11,587 nt of DNA from a bacterium (GTDB lineage Bacteria > Hydrothermota > 32-111), in the NCBI GenBank assembly GCA_050239825.1, contig JBFXGO010000007.1:1-11587 (forward strand), given 5' to 3'. The translations under genes and the position numbers were made by a program. The notes beneath the pieces were generated by a model. The model ran no database searches. It was not told the DNA's origin and was given only the letters and a program-made list of their open reading frames with translations. Shown piece after piece: positions 1-9,830 of this stretch. Numbering within the stretch: the stretch's first letter is position 1; each line of letters begins with the position of its first letter.

Positions 1-86
1 CCTTGTAACTTTCTTACTTCCTTTACCCAGTGCCCATTTATACTTTTGTGGGGGTCCTTGCATTATTTTAAATTTTGATTATCATA

Positions 87-107
87 TATAATCTAAACTC
101 AAGGAGG
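87..107 (+). promoter_or_regulatory. -10 box (TATAAT 87-92) and RBS (AAGGAGG 101-107) for the cupin gene
   Basis: Perfect TATAAT and a strong SD 4 nt before ATG 112; no good -35 at 16-18 bp spacing. Confidence 0.45.
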
Positions 108-111
108 AATA

Positions 112-453
112 ATGGTAATAAAAAAAGTTGCAGATGTGCCGAAGAATGAAGTAACAGACGAAGGAACAAAGAGTGTAACACGACAGATTCTTATAGGTAA
201 GGATGACAATTCAAATAATATTATTATGAGGCTTTTCACGCTTGCTCCGGGAGGTCATTCTCCGCTTCACACTCATAATTACGAACATCTTGTAAAAGTA
301 GAGAAGGGAAGGGGAATTGCCGTATCCGATAGAGGCGAACAGGAGATAGGGGCAGGCGACATAATATATGTAAAACCCAATGAAATTCATCAATTTAAAA
401 ATAATTCTAATGTGGAATTCCAGTTCATCTGCGTTATTCCCAATAAGGTTTGA
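112..453 (+). CDS. Cupin-domain protein (Cupin_2-like, metal-binding)
   Basis: 113 aa with cupin motifs 'FTLAPGGHSPLHTHNYEHLVKVEKGRG' and 'GDIIYVKPNEIHQFKN'; strong RBS. Confidence 0.9.
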   Translation: MVIKKVADVPKNEVTDEGTKSVTRQILIGKDDNSNNIIMRLFTLAPGGHSPLHTHNYEHLVKVEKGRGIAVSDRGEQEIGAGDIIYVKPNEIHQFKNNSNVEFQFICVIPNKV

Positions 454-455
454 TT

Positions 456-3104
456 ATGAGAAAGATTCTCTTTGTATTGCTTGTCATAGTTTTAAGCATC
501 TCTGCATCAGCTGAATTTTCTCCTCTTTCGGCATATTCGGAAAGATTTGTCTCTCCTGAGATTGCATTTTCGGTGGCAGAGGAGAAGATGAAAAGTATTT
601 ATGATGATTTTAAATTCATAGACAAACCCATAGCTCTATACTGGCTGGATGATTCGATATATGCCTACATGTTTTTAACTGACTTCAGCGGAAGTATGCC
701 CAATCTGACATCCATTCTGAGCGAAATTGAGAGAAGGAGGGGCGGCGATGAAAAATCTCTCTCTCTTATCGACTGCGCAGGATATATAATTGTCTCCGCG
801 AGGTATGAGAATAATGTGATTCTCGAGTATGGAAGAGGAGTTCCCTACTCTATCTCGCGCTTTTCTGTTCTTCAAAAGAAATTCAATCTTCCTGATAGAG
901 GGAAACTCTACTATACCGGACATGGAAGATTCTTCTATGAGTATAATGACTGTGCATTTGACCTTGCTGAGTATAAGATTATCAAGAAGGTCCCCTTCTT
1001 ATCCACCGACATAATAAGCACAAAATGGAAATCTGTTTTAAACAAAAAATATTCAATATCTTCATTAAAAGGAACCGCATATATTCCGGATGTGCCTTTT
1101 GTTTTGTGGTCATACGGCTGTTCCCCCACAACATCGTCAATGATATTTTCATACTATGATTCAAGAGGTTACGGCGACTTGGTTGATTTTTACTTCACCA
1201 GATTTGATGATGTGATGGGCATATACAGGTATAATGTGCCTTCGGCTCAGAGACAGCTCTCTGTATTGATGAATACTGACTCTCTGTTGGATGGAGGAAC
1301 ATCCGTTTACAGCATCAAGGGAGGCAATGAAACATTCGCCAATACTTCGCATCCCTATAGTTTTACCTGCGGTTCTCATGTATATGGTCAGGCAGGAGAA
1401 AAATTCTTTTATCCCTTCATAAAAAATGAAGTTGATTCTCTCCGTCCCGCCCACTGGGCAGTGCTCAACTACTATTTTGAGGGCGATTACATAGGACACT
1501 CTATTGTCTCTATAGGATATGATGACGGAGGCAGCGACACTCTGATACAGGTGCATAATACATGGGACTATACGGAGCCATTCTGGAATCTATATACCAA
1601 TGTCGGCGGAGATCTTTCCTACTCATGTTTTTACGAAATAAAACCGGCTGGAGGCAACTCTTACAGAAAGGGCAGTATAGATATAAACGGCAATAAATAT
1701 TTCAAAGGTCTTAAAGGCATAGTCAGATTTGATGATCTGTCCGACTCCTTGAATTCAATTAAATTATATTATTCCGATAATAATTTTGCAACCAAGAATC
1801 TTGTGGGAGAATTCTCAGATTCAATCTTTGTGATTAATCCGGGATTTTCAGGCTCAGTAAATCTGGCGGCTGAGTTTTTGAAAGTCGGCGGCGGGCTGCT
1901 GGCGACAGACGGCACATACTCTCCCGTCTCTTTCGGCTCTTTTGATGACACAAACAATCTGCAGTTGCTGTCATACACTTATGACAATTCTTCCGCATAT
2001 TTTTCAGAAATGAAAAACGACACACTGATTCTCCTTGGTTCAAAAGGAATAAGCGAATATGCGACAGGGGATATAACTTTTCTTGAACCCATATCAAACA
2101 GAAATGACGGCAACACTTATAAATTTCTGAGTTTCATAAACGATACTGTTTTAGTTGCCGGAACAGAAAACGCGCTCTTCACGATAAAGAGAGCTGACGG
2201 ATACACATTTATTGATACTTTTATATTTTCGGGTTCTTTAGTTGATTTTGAGTACAGAGACAAAGTCGCCTTTTTAGTGACTCCCGGAGCATTCTATGCA
2301 GTGAATGTGAATGCGGATTTCTCATTGAGTTGCGTTGACACATTTATTGAAGGGTCGAGAAAACAGTACACATCAGTCGCGCTGAATGATTCGTTTGTTT
2401 ATCTGACAGACCTTCTCAGCGGCATCCAGATAATGAAGAGCTCGTATCCGTCGACCGGTTTTTACGGAGCCTCGCTCTTATCAACTTCTTACAACGAAGC
2501 ATTTGCTGATATAAAGAGGGACACTCTCTATCTTGCATGTTTGTCAAACGGTCTTTCGGTATATTCAATCGACTCGACAGGTTCTTTGAATTTTTCAGGA
2601 AACTATTTAATAGGAACAGTCAATAAGGTAGAGGCACTTGAAAGCGGAATCGCCTGCATAAACAATTCTCTGGGTGTCTCTTTGAGAAGATATTCAACCT
2701 TCACGGAGCTTTCTCATATCTATACGAATACAAAAATAACGGATGTTTTTGAAGATGTTTCAGAACACAGGATTTTTCTCTCCGATAATGCAAACGGACT
2801 ATTCATCGGTTCATTTGACCCGCTTGCAGGAGTAAAGGAGAGTCCGGATGCCGATGGTCTGTTTTTTTCTGTGAAGCAGTTTTCAAGAGACAATATAGTG
2901 ATTGATTTTCATTCGGATGTCACTGAATACGGAAGAGTGACTCTCTTTGACCTTTCGGGAAGAGTGGTTGAAATGTCGGAAATCTACTTCAGAGCGAACT
3001 CTTCTGAGGCGGTTTCTGCGAAAAACCTCAGAAGCGGCATCTATTTTGTAAAAATAGAGAGCAGGGGAGTCAATCGGGTATTTAAAACGACTCTTATAAA
3101 ATAA
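456..3104 (+). CDS. Secreted papain-fold cysteine peptidase (C10/C39-like) with putative prodomain, beta-propeller-like (LVIVD-type) region and T9SS type-A-like C-terminal sorting domain
   Basis: Signal peptide MRKILFVLLVIVLSISASA (ATG 456 preferred over TTG 450). Putative catalytic motifs WSYGCSPT (Cys codon 1119-1121), GHSIVSIGY (His 1497-1499) and QVHNTW (Asn 1557-1559). Repeats such as 'VYLTDLLSGIQI' and 'LYLACLSNGLSVY'. C-terminus 'VTLFDLSGRVV...LRSGIYFVKI...K'. Confidence 0.7.
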   Translation: MRKILFVLLVIVLSISASAEFSPLSAYSERFVSPEIAFSVAEEKMKSIYDDFKFIDKPIALYWLDDSIYAYMFLTDFSGSMPNLTSILSEIERRRGGDEKSLSLIDCAGYIIVSARYENNVILEYGRGVPYSISRFSVLQKKFNLPDRGKLYYTGHGRFFYEYNDCAFDLAEYKIIKKVPFLSTDIISTKWKSVLNKKYSISSLKGTAYIPDVPFVLWSYGCSPTTSSMIFSYYDSRGYGDLVDFYFTRFDDVMGIYRYNVPSAQRQLSVLMNTDSLLDGGTSVYSIKGGNETFANTSHPYSFTCGSHVYGQAGEKFFYPFIKNEVDSLRPAHWAVLNYYFEGDYIGHSIVSIGYDDGGSDTLIQVHNTWDYTEPFWNLYTNVGGDLSYSCFYEIKPAGGNSYRKGSIDINGNKYFKGLKGIVRFDDLSDSLNSIKLYYSDNNFATKNLVGEFSDSIFVINPGFSGSVNLAAEFLKVGGGLLATDGTYSPVSFGSFDDTNNLQLLSYTYDNSSAYFSEMKNDTLILLGSKGISEYATGDITFLEPISNRNDGNTYKFLSFINDTVLVAGTENALFTIKRADGYTFIDTFIFSGSLVDFEYRDKVAFLVTPGAFYAVNVNADFSLSCVDTFIEGSRKQYTSVALNDSFVYLTDLLSGIQIMKSSYPSTGFYGASLLSTSYNEAFADIKRDTLYLACLSNGLSVYSIDSTGSLNFSGNYLIGTVNKVEALESGIACINNSLGVSLRRYSTFTELSHIYTNTKITDVFEDVSEHRIFLSDNANGLFIGSFDPLAGVKESPDADGLFFSVKQFSRDNIVIDFHSDVTEYGRVTLFDLSGRVVEMSEIYFRANSSEAVSAKNLRSGIYFVKIESRGVNRVFKTTLIK

Positions 3105-3107
3105 AGG

Positions 3108-3153
3108 TTGACAAAATTAAACTCTTAATTATATTTTGTATTTAAAATAAGGA
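3108..3153 (+). promoter_or_regulatory. Sigma70-type promoter and RBS of the grpE-dnaK-dnaJ operon
   Basis: TTGACA 3108-3113, TATATT 3130-3135 (16-bp spacer), AAGGA 3149-3153 before ATG 3159. Confidence 0.65.
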
Positions 3154-3158
3154 ACTTT

Positions 3159-3767
3159 ATGGCACGAAAAAAAAGAATTGCAAACAGAAAGATAAAATTG
3201 ATAGGAAAATCCGAGAAAAAAATGGAACTTCTTACATCGGATGCAAACAATTTAAAACAGCTTGACGAAGAGAAGCAAAATCTTATAAAGCTTCTCGAGC
3301 AGAAGGATACCGAGCTCAAAGAGCAGAGGGATTCTTTTATGAGAAAACTCGCGGAGAGCGAGAATGCGAAGCGGCTACAGAAAAAAGAAACAGAACACAT
3401 GATAGAGAATTCAACTTTTAAGCTATTCAAAGAGATTCTCGCAGTTGTTGATAATTTTGACAGGGCTATCGAACATGCCGTGAAGACGGATGACAAGGAG
3501 AAGATAATTGACGGGATAAGAATGATAGACAAACAGTTTCATCAGGTATTCGAAAAGCTCGGAGTCACTCAATTTGAGTCACGAGGTCAAAAATTTGACC
3601 CTTCAAAACATGAAGCTATATCAGTTGTTTCAAACACATCTCTCTCAGACGGCGAGGTGGTGGAAGAGCATCAGAGAGGGTACATGTACGGAGATAAAAT
3701 TCTTCGTGCCGCAAAAGTGGTCGTCAATAAGATTGACAGTGAAATTAAAGAAGAAATAAACGATTAA
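3159..3767 (+). CDS. grpE: Nucleotide exchange factor GrpE
   Basis: Coiled coil 'RKLAESENAKR', 'ILAVVDNFDRA', 'GQKFDPSKHEAI', 'QRGYMYGDKILRAAKVVV'; directly upstream of dnaK. Confidence 0.96.
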   Translation: MARKKRIANRKIKLIGKSEKKMELLTSDANNLKQLDEEKQNLIKLLEQKDTELKEQRDSFMRKLAESENAKRLQKKETEHMIENSTFKLFKEILAVVDNFDRAIEHAVKTDDKEKIIDGIRMIDKQFHQVFEKLGVTQFESRGQKFDPSKHEAISVVSNTSLSDGEVVEEHQRGYMYGDKILRAAKVVVNKIDSEIKEEIND

Positions 3768-3779
3768 CGGAGGATAAAA

Positions 3780-5711
3780 ATGGCAAAGGGTAAAATCATC
3801 GGAATCGACCTTGGAACAACCAACTCCTGCGTGTCAGTGATGGTAAACGGGGAACCAGTTGTAATTCCAAATCCTGACGGAGCGCGCACAACACCTTCTG
3901 TTGTCGGCTTCCAGAAAAACAAGGAAAAAGTGGTGGGTATTCTCGCAAGGCGTCAGCAGGTTACGAACCCGGAAAATACCGTCTTCTCAATCAAGAGATT
4001 TATGGGAAGACGCTTTAGAGAAGTTCCTGAGGAGATTAAACTTGTTTCATACAATGTTGAAGAGGGACCCAACGGGGATGTCAGGGTAAACATAGACGGC
4101 AAACTCTATTCTCCGCCGGAAATATCCGCAATGGTTTTACAGTATCTTAAAAAATCTGCTGAAGATTATCTCGGAGAAGAGGTTACTCAGGCAGTTATAA
4201 CCGTTCCTGCTTACTTTAATGATTCCCAGAGGCAGGCGACAAAGGATGCAGGCAAGATAGCAGGTCTTGAAGTTTTGAGAATCATCAATGAACCGACAGC
4301 GGCATCTCTTGCTTATGGCCTCGATAAAAAGAAAAATGAGAAGATAGCAGTCTATGACCTCGGCGGAGGCACATTCGATATATCCATCCTTGAAATAGGA
4401 GACGGAGTATTTGAAGTGCTCTCCACAAACGGAGACACTCACCTCGGAGGCGACAATTTTGATGAAAAGATAGTTGAATTCATAGCCAACACATTCCAGA
4501 GGGATAACGGCATAGACCTGAGAAAGGATAAAACATCTCTGCAGAGGCTCAGAGAGGCGGCAGAGAAGGCTAAGATGGAGCTCTCCACAGTAATGGAGAC
4601 AACCATAAATCTTCCCTTCATAACAGCCGATGCATCCGGACCCAAGCATCTTGAACTGACTCTTTCAAGGGCGAAGCTTGAATCTCTTGTGGAAGACCTT
4701 TTGAAACGCACTCTTGAACCGTGCAAGAAGGCGCTTGATGATGCTAAACTGACAAAAGCCGAAATAGACGAAGTTGTTATGGTGGGCGGCATGACAAGAA
4801 TGCCCTCTGTCCATAAACTTGTCAAAGACTTCTTTGAAAAAGAACCCCACAAGGGAATAAATCCCGATGAGGTGGTGGCGATAGGAGCGTCAATTCAGGC
4901 TGGAGTCTTGGCTGGAGATGTAAAAGATGTTCTGCTTCTTGATGTGACTCCGCTTTCTCTCGGAATTGAAACACTGGGCGGAGTGTTAACAAAGATCATT
5001 GAAAGAAACACCACAATACCGGTAAAAAAACAGCAGGTCTTTTCGACTGCATCTGATTCGCAGACCGCAGTCACAATAAATGTGCTTCAGGGAGAGAGAG
5101 AGATGGCATCAGATAACCGCACTCTCGGAAAATTTGAACTTATAGGGATACCTCCTGCACCGAGAGGCATACCTCAGATTGAAGTTTCATTTGACATAGA
5201 TGCAGACGGCATTCTCCATGTATCTGCAAAGGACAAGGCAACAGGCAAAGAGCAGTCCATTGTCATCACATCTTCAAGCGGACTCTCTGATTCAGAGATT
5301 GACAAGATGGTAAAAGAGGCCCAGATGCATGAAGAGGAGGACAAGAAAAAACGTGAACTTGTCGAAACGAGAAATGATGCCGAGCAGTTCATATATACAG
5401 CCGAAAAATTCATGAAAGAGAACCGCGAAAAAGTAAAGCCAGACCTCATGGATGATGTTACAAAGGCGATAAAATATCTCAGGGACATTATGATTACGGA
5501 TAACCTTGAGGATATAAAGAACCGTCTTGATGCCGCTAAACAGTCATTCTACAGAATATCAAACGACCTCTATTCGCAGACAGAGGCACAGCAGGAAAAT
5601 CCAAAGCAGGGGCAGGCAAATGAAAATCAGCAGGCCGGAGCCAAAGACCAGAAAGAGTCCGCTGAAGAGGCAGATTATGAAGTAGTGGATGACGAGGAAA
5701 AGAAGAATTGA
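3780..5711 (+). CDS. dnaK: Molecular chaperone DnaK (Hsp70)
   Basis: [60 protein letters not shown]-terminal [17 protein letters not shown]. Confidence 0.99.
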   Translation: MAKGKIIGIDLGTTNSCVSVMVNGEPVVIPNPDGARTTPSVVGFQKNKEKVVGILARRQQVTNPENTVFSIKRFMGRRFREVPEEIKLVSYNVEEGPNGDVRVNIDGKLYSPPEISAMVLQYLKKSAEDYLGEEVTQAVITVPAYFNDSQRQATKDAGKIAGLEVLRIINEPTAASLAYGLDKKKNEKIAVYDLGGGTFDISILEIGDGVFEVLSTNGDTHLGGDNFDEKIVEFIANTFQRDNGIDLRKDKTSLQRLREAAEKAKMELSTVMETTINLPFITADASGPKHLELTLSRAKLESLVEDLLKRTLEPCKKALDDAKLTKAEIDEVVMVGGMTRMPSVHKLVKDFFEKEPHKGINPDEVVAIGASIQAGVLAGDVKDVLLLDVTPLSLGIETLGGVLTKIIERNTTIPVKKQQVFSTASDSQTAVTINVLQGEREMASDNRTLGKFELIGIPPAPRGIPQIEVSFDIDADGILHVSAKDKATGKEQSIVITSSSGLSDSEIDKMVKEAQMHEEEDKKKRELVETRNDAEQFIYTAEKFMKENREKVKPDLMDDVTKAIKYLRDIMITDNLEDIKNRLDAAKQSFYRISNDLYSQTEAQQENPKQGQANENQQAGAKDQKESAEEADYEVVDDEEKKN

Positions 5712-6832
5712 GCGGCAAAGACTATTACAAGATATTAGGACTTGAAAAGAATGCAACGCCCGATGAGATAAAGAAATCCTATCGGGCGCTTGCAAAAAAA
5801 TACCATCCCGACCTCAACAGAGAAAACAAGGAGGAATCCGAGAAGAAATTCAAGGAGGTCTCTGAAGCTTATGAAGTATTGATCGACCCGCAGAAGAAAT
5901 CCATCTACGACCAGTACGGTTATGAAGGAGTCTCTCAGCAGTTCGGACAACAGGGATTCAGATGGGAGAACTTTTCGCATTATGATGACATATCCGACAT
6001 ATTCGGAGATTTGTTCGGAAACCGCAGGGCGGGAGGAGGAGAATCAATATTTGAGTCATTTTTCGGCGGAGGAAGGCAGTCAAGGAGTCAAAATCCGGAC
6101 AAGAGGGGAAGCGACATAAAGATAGTTCTTAAACTCACTCTTGAGGAGATGTATACCGGCATTGATAAAACAATCAAATATCACAGGCATGAAAAATGCC
6201 CTACTTGCGGCGGAGTGGGAGGATTAAAATCAGATCTGAAGAGATGCGCCGACTGCAACGGCACCGGTCAGAGGAAGTACAAAACACAATCAATATTCGG
6301 CACAATGATGCAGGTTGCCGTGTGCCCGACCTGTCAGGGAGAGGGTACAATCATAGAAAAAAAATGCAAAGACTGTTACGGAGAGGGAAGAATCAAGAGA
6401 GAGCACACAGTAAAGGTGCATGCTCCTGCCGGGGTCTTTGACAATGCATATATGCGGATGGAGGGCGAGGGCAATATAGGCAAGAGAGGCGGATTAGCTG
6501 GAGACCTTATTATTGTCTTTCAGCAGGAAGCAAACAGCAGGTTCACAAGAGAGGAGAACAACCTCACCTCAGAGCTTCGCATTTCGTATCCCCGCGCGGT
6601 TCTCGGTTCCGAAGAGGAGATATTGGGTATTGATGAAAAAACCATCAAGCTGAAGATTCCGGAAGGAACTCAGAATGGAAAAGTTTTTGTCCTCAAAGGA
6701 AAGGGAATGCCGGAATTGCATTCAAACAGGCATGGCGACCTCTTTGTCAAAATCACTGTGGATGTTCCAAAAAAAGTTGACCAGAAGACAAAAAATCTTC
6801 TGAAAGAACTGGAAAAGAATCTTCATTTGTAA
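5708..6832 (+). CDS. dnaJ: Chaperone DnaJ (class A)
   Basis: J domain with HPD, G/F-rich region, four CxxCxGxG motifs ([32 protein letters not shown]). TTG start overlaps the dnaK stop (TTGA). Confidence 0.98.
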   Translation: MSGKDYYKILGLEKNATPDEIKKSYRALAKKYHPDLNRENKEESEKKFKEVSEAYEVLIDPQKKSIYDQYGYEGVSQQFGQQGFRWENFSHYDDISDIFGDLFGNRRAGGGESIFESFFGGGRQSRSQNPDKRGSDIKIVLKLTLEEMYTGIDKTIKYHRHEKCPTCGGVGGLKSDLKRCADCNGTGQRKYKTQSIFGTMMQVAVCPTCQGEGTIIEKKCKDCYGEGRIKREHTVKVHAPAGVFDNAYMRMEGEGNIGKRGGLAGDLIIVFQQEANSRFTREENNLTSELRISYPRAVLGSEEEILGIDEKTIKLKIPEGTQNGKVFVLKGKGMPELHSNRHGDLFVKITVDVPKKVDQKTKNLLKELEKNLHL

Positions 6833-6837
6833 AGAAG

Positions 6838-7512
6838 ATGGAACATATTTTTTGGGCTGAAAAGAGAAAAAACGGATTCTTCTTTTCAAAAGAAGAGCTC
6901 AAGCATATGTCTGTTGTGAGAGTTGTTTTCCCAAATCAGATTCTCTTCACATGCGGAGATGGAATACTCCATCGCGGTATCGCAAATAAAGATGGATCTG
7001 TTGAGGATGCCGAAATCGTTGAATCATCGGATAAAACGGGAATAGATATTTTGTTCGGAGTGTGCGATAAAAGCAGGATAAGCTATATTCTTGAAAAATG
7101 CACAGAGCTTGGAGCGGATTCATTTACGCCTCTAATAACGGCAAAAAGCGAAAAGTACTCATTAAGTGAAAGCAAAGCGGAAAGGATAATAGTTTCAGCC
7201 CTTAAACAGAGCAGAAGGTTTACAATGCCCGAATACAGAACTCCCATTAAGCTGAAAGATATTGCCGCTGATGGCTCCACCCAGCTTATTTTCGGTTCCA
7301 TCAAAGAGAACAGAAGAAAGATAAATCTGACAAAAAGCAGGATATCACTTCTTATAGGACCTCCGCTCGGTTTTACTGAGGAGGAGGAGAATTTTCTCAT
7401 AGAAAAAGAAGCGGAACCTTTTCATTTTGATACCGGAATTCTGCGCACTGAGACATTTGCTCATTCCCTTCTCTCAATTGTGCATTACCTTAAGGCGGTA
7501 AAAAATGGGTGA
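6838..7512 (+). CDS. rsmE: 16S rRNA m3U1498 methyltransferase RsmE (SPOUT family), divergent
   Basis: 'H..VVRV', 'ILEKCTELGAD', 'SALKQSRR', 'LLIGPPLGFTEEE', 'ILRTET'; position after dnaJ is typical. Confidence 0.88.
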   Translation: MEHIFWAEKRKNGFFFSKEELKHMSVVRVVFPNQILFTCGDGILHRGIANKDGSVEDAEIVESSDKTGIDILFGVCDKSRISYILEKCTELGADSFTPLITAKSEKYSLSESKAERIIVSALKQSRRFTMPEYRTPIKLKDIAADGSTQLIFGSIKENRRKINLTKSRISLLIGPPLGFTEEEENFLIEKEAEPFHFDTGILRTETFAHSLLSIVHYLKAVKNG

Positions 7513-7849
7513 TTGTATTTTCTGCAGTATAGCTGATAAAAGCATTCAGTCTAAAATTGTATATGAGGATGAGTATGTTCTTGCATTTGACGACATATCT
7601 CCTCAGGCGCCGGTTCATGTAATCATAATCCCGAAAAAACACATTTTCTCGGTTGACTCTCTGTCTGAAGATAACAGGGAGATGATTGTTGCCTTGAATC
7701 TCTCATTCAAAAAAATAGCTCAAATAAAAAATATTGATAAAACGGGATACCGCATTGTTTCAAATCATCTTTCAACTGCAGGTCAATCCGTCTTTCACCT
7801 TCACTTTCATCTTTTGGGTGGCAGAAGCATGAATTGGCCTCCCGGCTGA
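7505..7849 (+). CDS. hinT: HIT-family (Hint/PKCI-like) nucleotide phosphoramidase
   Basis: DCIFCSI, 'AFDDISPQAPVHVIIIPKKH', histidine triad 'GQSVFHLHFHLLGGR', C-terminal WPPG. Confidence 0.93.
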   Translation: MGDCIFCSIADKSIQSKIVYEDEYVLAFDDISPQAPVHVIIIPKKHIFSVDSLSEDNREMIVALNLSFKKIAQIKNIDKTGYRIVSNHLSTAGQSVFHLHFHLLGGRSMNWPPG

Positions 7850-7862
7850 TGTTTTTCTTTTT
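7834..7862 (+). terminator. Possible weak intrinsic terminator of the chaperone operon
   Basis: TTGGCC-TCCC-GGCTGA stem (two GU pairs) followed by TGTTTTTCTTTTT, at the convergent HIT/sensor junction. Confidence 0.3.
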
Positions 7863-9700
7863 CAGCTCTTGATTTCTCTGTATATAACGACAATTTCATC
7901 CGAAGAGAGTTTGTGCACAAAATTTTCGCGCACTCCCGAGATTCTGTCGTCCCTGTAAACAGATGCCTCTTTATGGATATCCATTCCCGTTAAATAAACC
8001 TTTTTGAATATTTCAAGGAGACCGAATCCTATGACTCCGGGAAATACCTCCTCAACATTTTTGCCTATAACCCTCTCTCTTGATATCTGCTCAGTCCTCT
8101 CTGCAGTTTTGTTCAGATCGGCTATTATGAAGTTTTCTCCATCGGAGGTTCTATAAATTATTACGCATTCGCTCAGACGGTCAAAAATGCTCTTTACCTT
8201 GACTGAGTATTCTTCAAGATGCTTTTCGTTTTTCATCAGCAGGTTTATATGATGAACTCTCTCCTGCTCGGTTGTTTTCAACTGATTGTTTGTTTTTTTG
8301 AGATTCTCCAGACTCTCAAAGAGCTCTTTGTTCTTCGCCTTCAGATCATTATCTACGGCAACCCTGTCGCTTATATCCCTTATTATAAGCTGATAGTATG
8401 TTTCATTGTACATGCTAAACCGTTTAGCGCGGATCTCGACAGGAATGAGGCGGCCTCCCTTCACAAAGTGCTCTGTTTGAAAAACTGCGCCGTTATCTCC
8501 TATTGAAGAATTGAAGAAAAAATCAAATTTCATCTCCCGCTCTTTAAAACCCCGGCTTATAATATCATTGAAGTTGAGTCCGAGTATGGAATGATTTCCA
8601 TTCTGATACTGACTGACTGCGCTTTTATTGGCATACTTTATGAAGCCCGCATTATCAAGAAGGAATATCATGTCATCAGCCATCTCTAAAAGATAATCAA
8701 AATGCTTCATCAATGTTTGTTTTTCCTTTTCTGAGAGAAGATCTCTCTCAGCCGCTTTTTTTGAGTCCGCTAAAAAGAGGATGTAAAGCGAGAAAAAGAG
8801 AGCGATGATTATGAACAGACACACAGTAAAGACAGCCCAGATATAAATTATAGTTTTGTCGGAAATAAATTCAACCGGAACACAGGAAACAAAGAACCAG
8901 TCGGTATTCTCTATTGCCGACGGCATTATGTAGTAGCTTCTATTCATGAAAGTAGAGTTGAATGAAACACCATCCTTGCTTGCTTTTATCCTGTTGAGAG
9001 TGTGTGCGTCGAATACGACCCTCTCAATTCCATGCGCTATGTTGAGGGCGAATGAATCTGAAAAAAGAATCACCGAATATACATCATCATTTGGATTGAA
9101 TCTGTTGATTTTTGGAATTATATATTCCCTCAAATCAACTCTGAGGAGAATAAGAAATGCAGGAATATTTTCGCCGCCCGTGCTCTTAATTATCGGAGCA
9201 AATATGTCCAGATGTAGCCTCTTGCAGTTACTGCAAAGGTATGGTTCGCCCAAAACAGGGCTCTTGCTCGACATTGCCTCCTTGAAGAAGAATGAAGAGG
9301 GTTGTTGCAGAGATTCGGGATTCTCAAACACTGTGAATATAAGATCCTCTGACTTACTGTAAAGGGCAATAGTGTAATAATCGTTGTTCTTATTGAATCT
9401 TGAGAGCCATGCTTTTTTCCTTTCAAAGGTTACATCTTCGGAAAAGTACATGTTTTTTATTATGCTGTGAGCATAATCATTTTCACTTATAAGGTATGCA
9501 TTGAACATTCTCTCGGTTATGAATTTCGATATTGATGATGACTGCAGTGATGCTGTCTGAGAGTAGTTTTCAATCTCTTTTTTAATGAAATTCCTTCTCA
9601 ATGAAATAAAGATAAAGAATCCTGTTGCAATAATGACTGTTGATACTGTAAAGAATATTGCATAATAAATTATTGGGATTTTTCTGAACCGATTAAACAT
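7862..9700 (-). CDS. Membrane sensor: TM - Cache-like extracytoplasmic domain - TM - PAS - coiled coil - PAS; no kinase/GGDEF output domain
   Basis: Two hydrophobic helices. Cache-like 'PVLGEPY...LDIFAPI' and 'IENTDWFFV'. PAS1 'LLEMADDMIFLLDNAGFIKYANKSA...IPVEIR...IIRDISDR'. PAS2 'IFDRLSECVIIY...LNKTAE...VIGKNVEEVFP'. ATG 9700 (SD AAGAGGG) is preferred over ATG 9724. Confidence 0.8.
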   Translation of the reverse strand: MFNRFRKIPIIYYAIFFTVSTVIIATGFFIFISLRRNFIKKEIENYSQTASLQSSSISKFITERMFNAYLISENDYAHSIIKNMYFSEDVTFERKKAWLSRFNKNNDYYTIALYSKSEDLIFTVFENPESLQQPSSFFFKEAMSSKSPVLGEPYLCSNCKRLHLDIFAPIIKSTGGENIPAFLILLRVDLREYIIPKINRFNPNDDVYSVILFSDSFALNIAHGIERVVFDAHTLNRIKASKDGVSFNSTFMNRSYYIMPSAIENTDWFFVSCVPVEFISDKTIIYIWAVFTVCLFIIIALFFSLYILFLADSKKAAERDLLSEKEKQTLMKHFDYLLEMADDMIFLLDNAGFIKYANKSAVSQYQNGNHSILGLNFNDIISRGFKEREMKFDFFFNSSIGDNGAVFQTEHFVKGGRLIPVEIRAKRFSMYNETYYQLIIRDISDRVAVDNDLKAKNKELFESLENLKKTNNQLKTTEQERVHHINLLMKNEKHLEEYSVKVKSIFDRLSECVIIYRTSDGENFIIADLNKTAERTEQISRERVIGKNVEEVFPGVIGFGLLEIFKKVYLTGMDIHKEASVYRDDRISGVRENFVHKLSSDEIVVIYREIKS

Positions 9701-9746
9701 ATATCCCTCTTGAATACAGAACATGATACCTTTCAGTTTCGTTCAT
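9693..9746 (-). CDS. Putative 17-aa upstream ORF (MNETERYHVLYSRGIYV) overlapping the sensor start
   Basis: GGAGG SD (9757-9753) 6 nt before ATG 9746; stop TAA (9695-9693) lies within ATGTTTAA of the sensor start. Confidence 0.35.
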   Translation of the reverse strand: MNETERYHVLYSRGIYV

Positions 9747-9778
9747 ATTTCGCCTCCATAAAAAAGTATAGATAAAAT

Positions 9779-9808
9779 AAAAAATAAATCAATAGAGATT
9801 TATTTTTT
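9779..9808. promoter_or_regulatory. Perfect 12-bp inverted repeat, candidate operator in the divergent intergenic region
   Basis: AAAAAATAAATC-aataga-GATTTATTTTTT. Confidence 0.4.
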
Positions 9809-9830
9809 GAAACAATATACATATTTGGTA

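Noticed and set aside
1..63. Possible start of a divergent - strand gene (MQGPPQKYKWALGKGSKKVTR...)
   Set aside because: Only 21 codons are visible, with no SD and no recognisable motif.
211..2097. Short overlapping ORFs inside the cupin and peptidase genes
   Set aside because: They are shadow ORFs with no RBS or domain signal.
3117..3145. Degenerate CIRCE (TTAAACTC resembles TTAGCACTC)
   Set aside because: There is no matching right arm at 9-nt spacing.
3125..7400. Antisense and alternate-frame ORFs within grpE/dnaK/dnaJ/rsmE (e.g. 3125-3532, 4137-4649, 4439-4852)
   Set aside because: They are shadow ORFs fully overlapping well-supported conserved genes.
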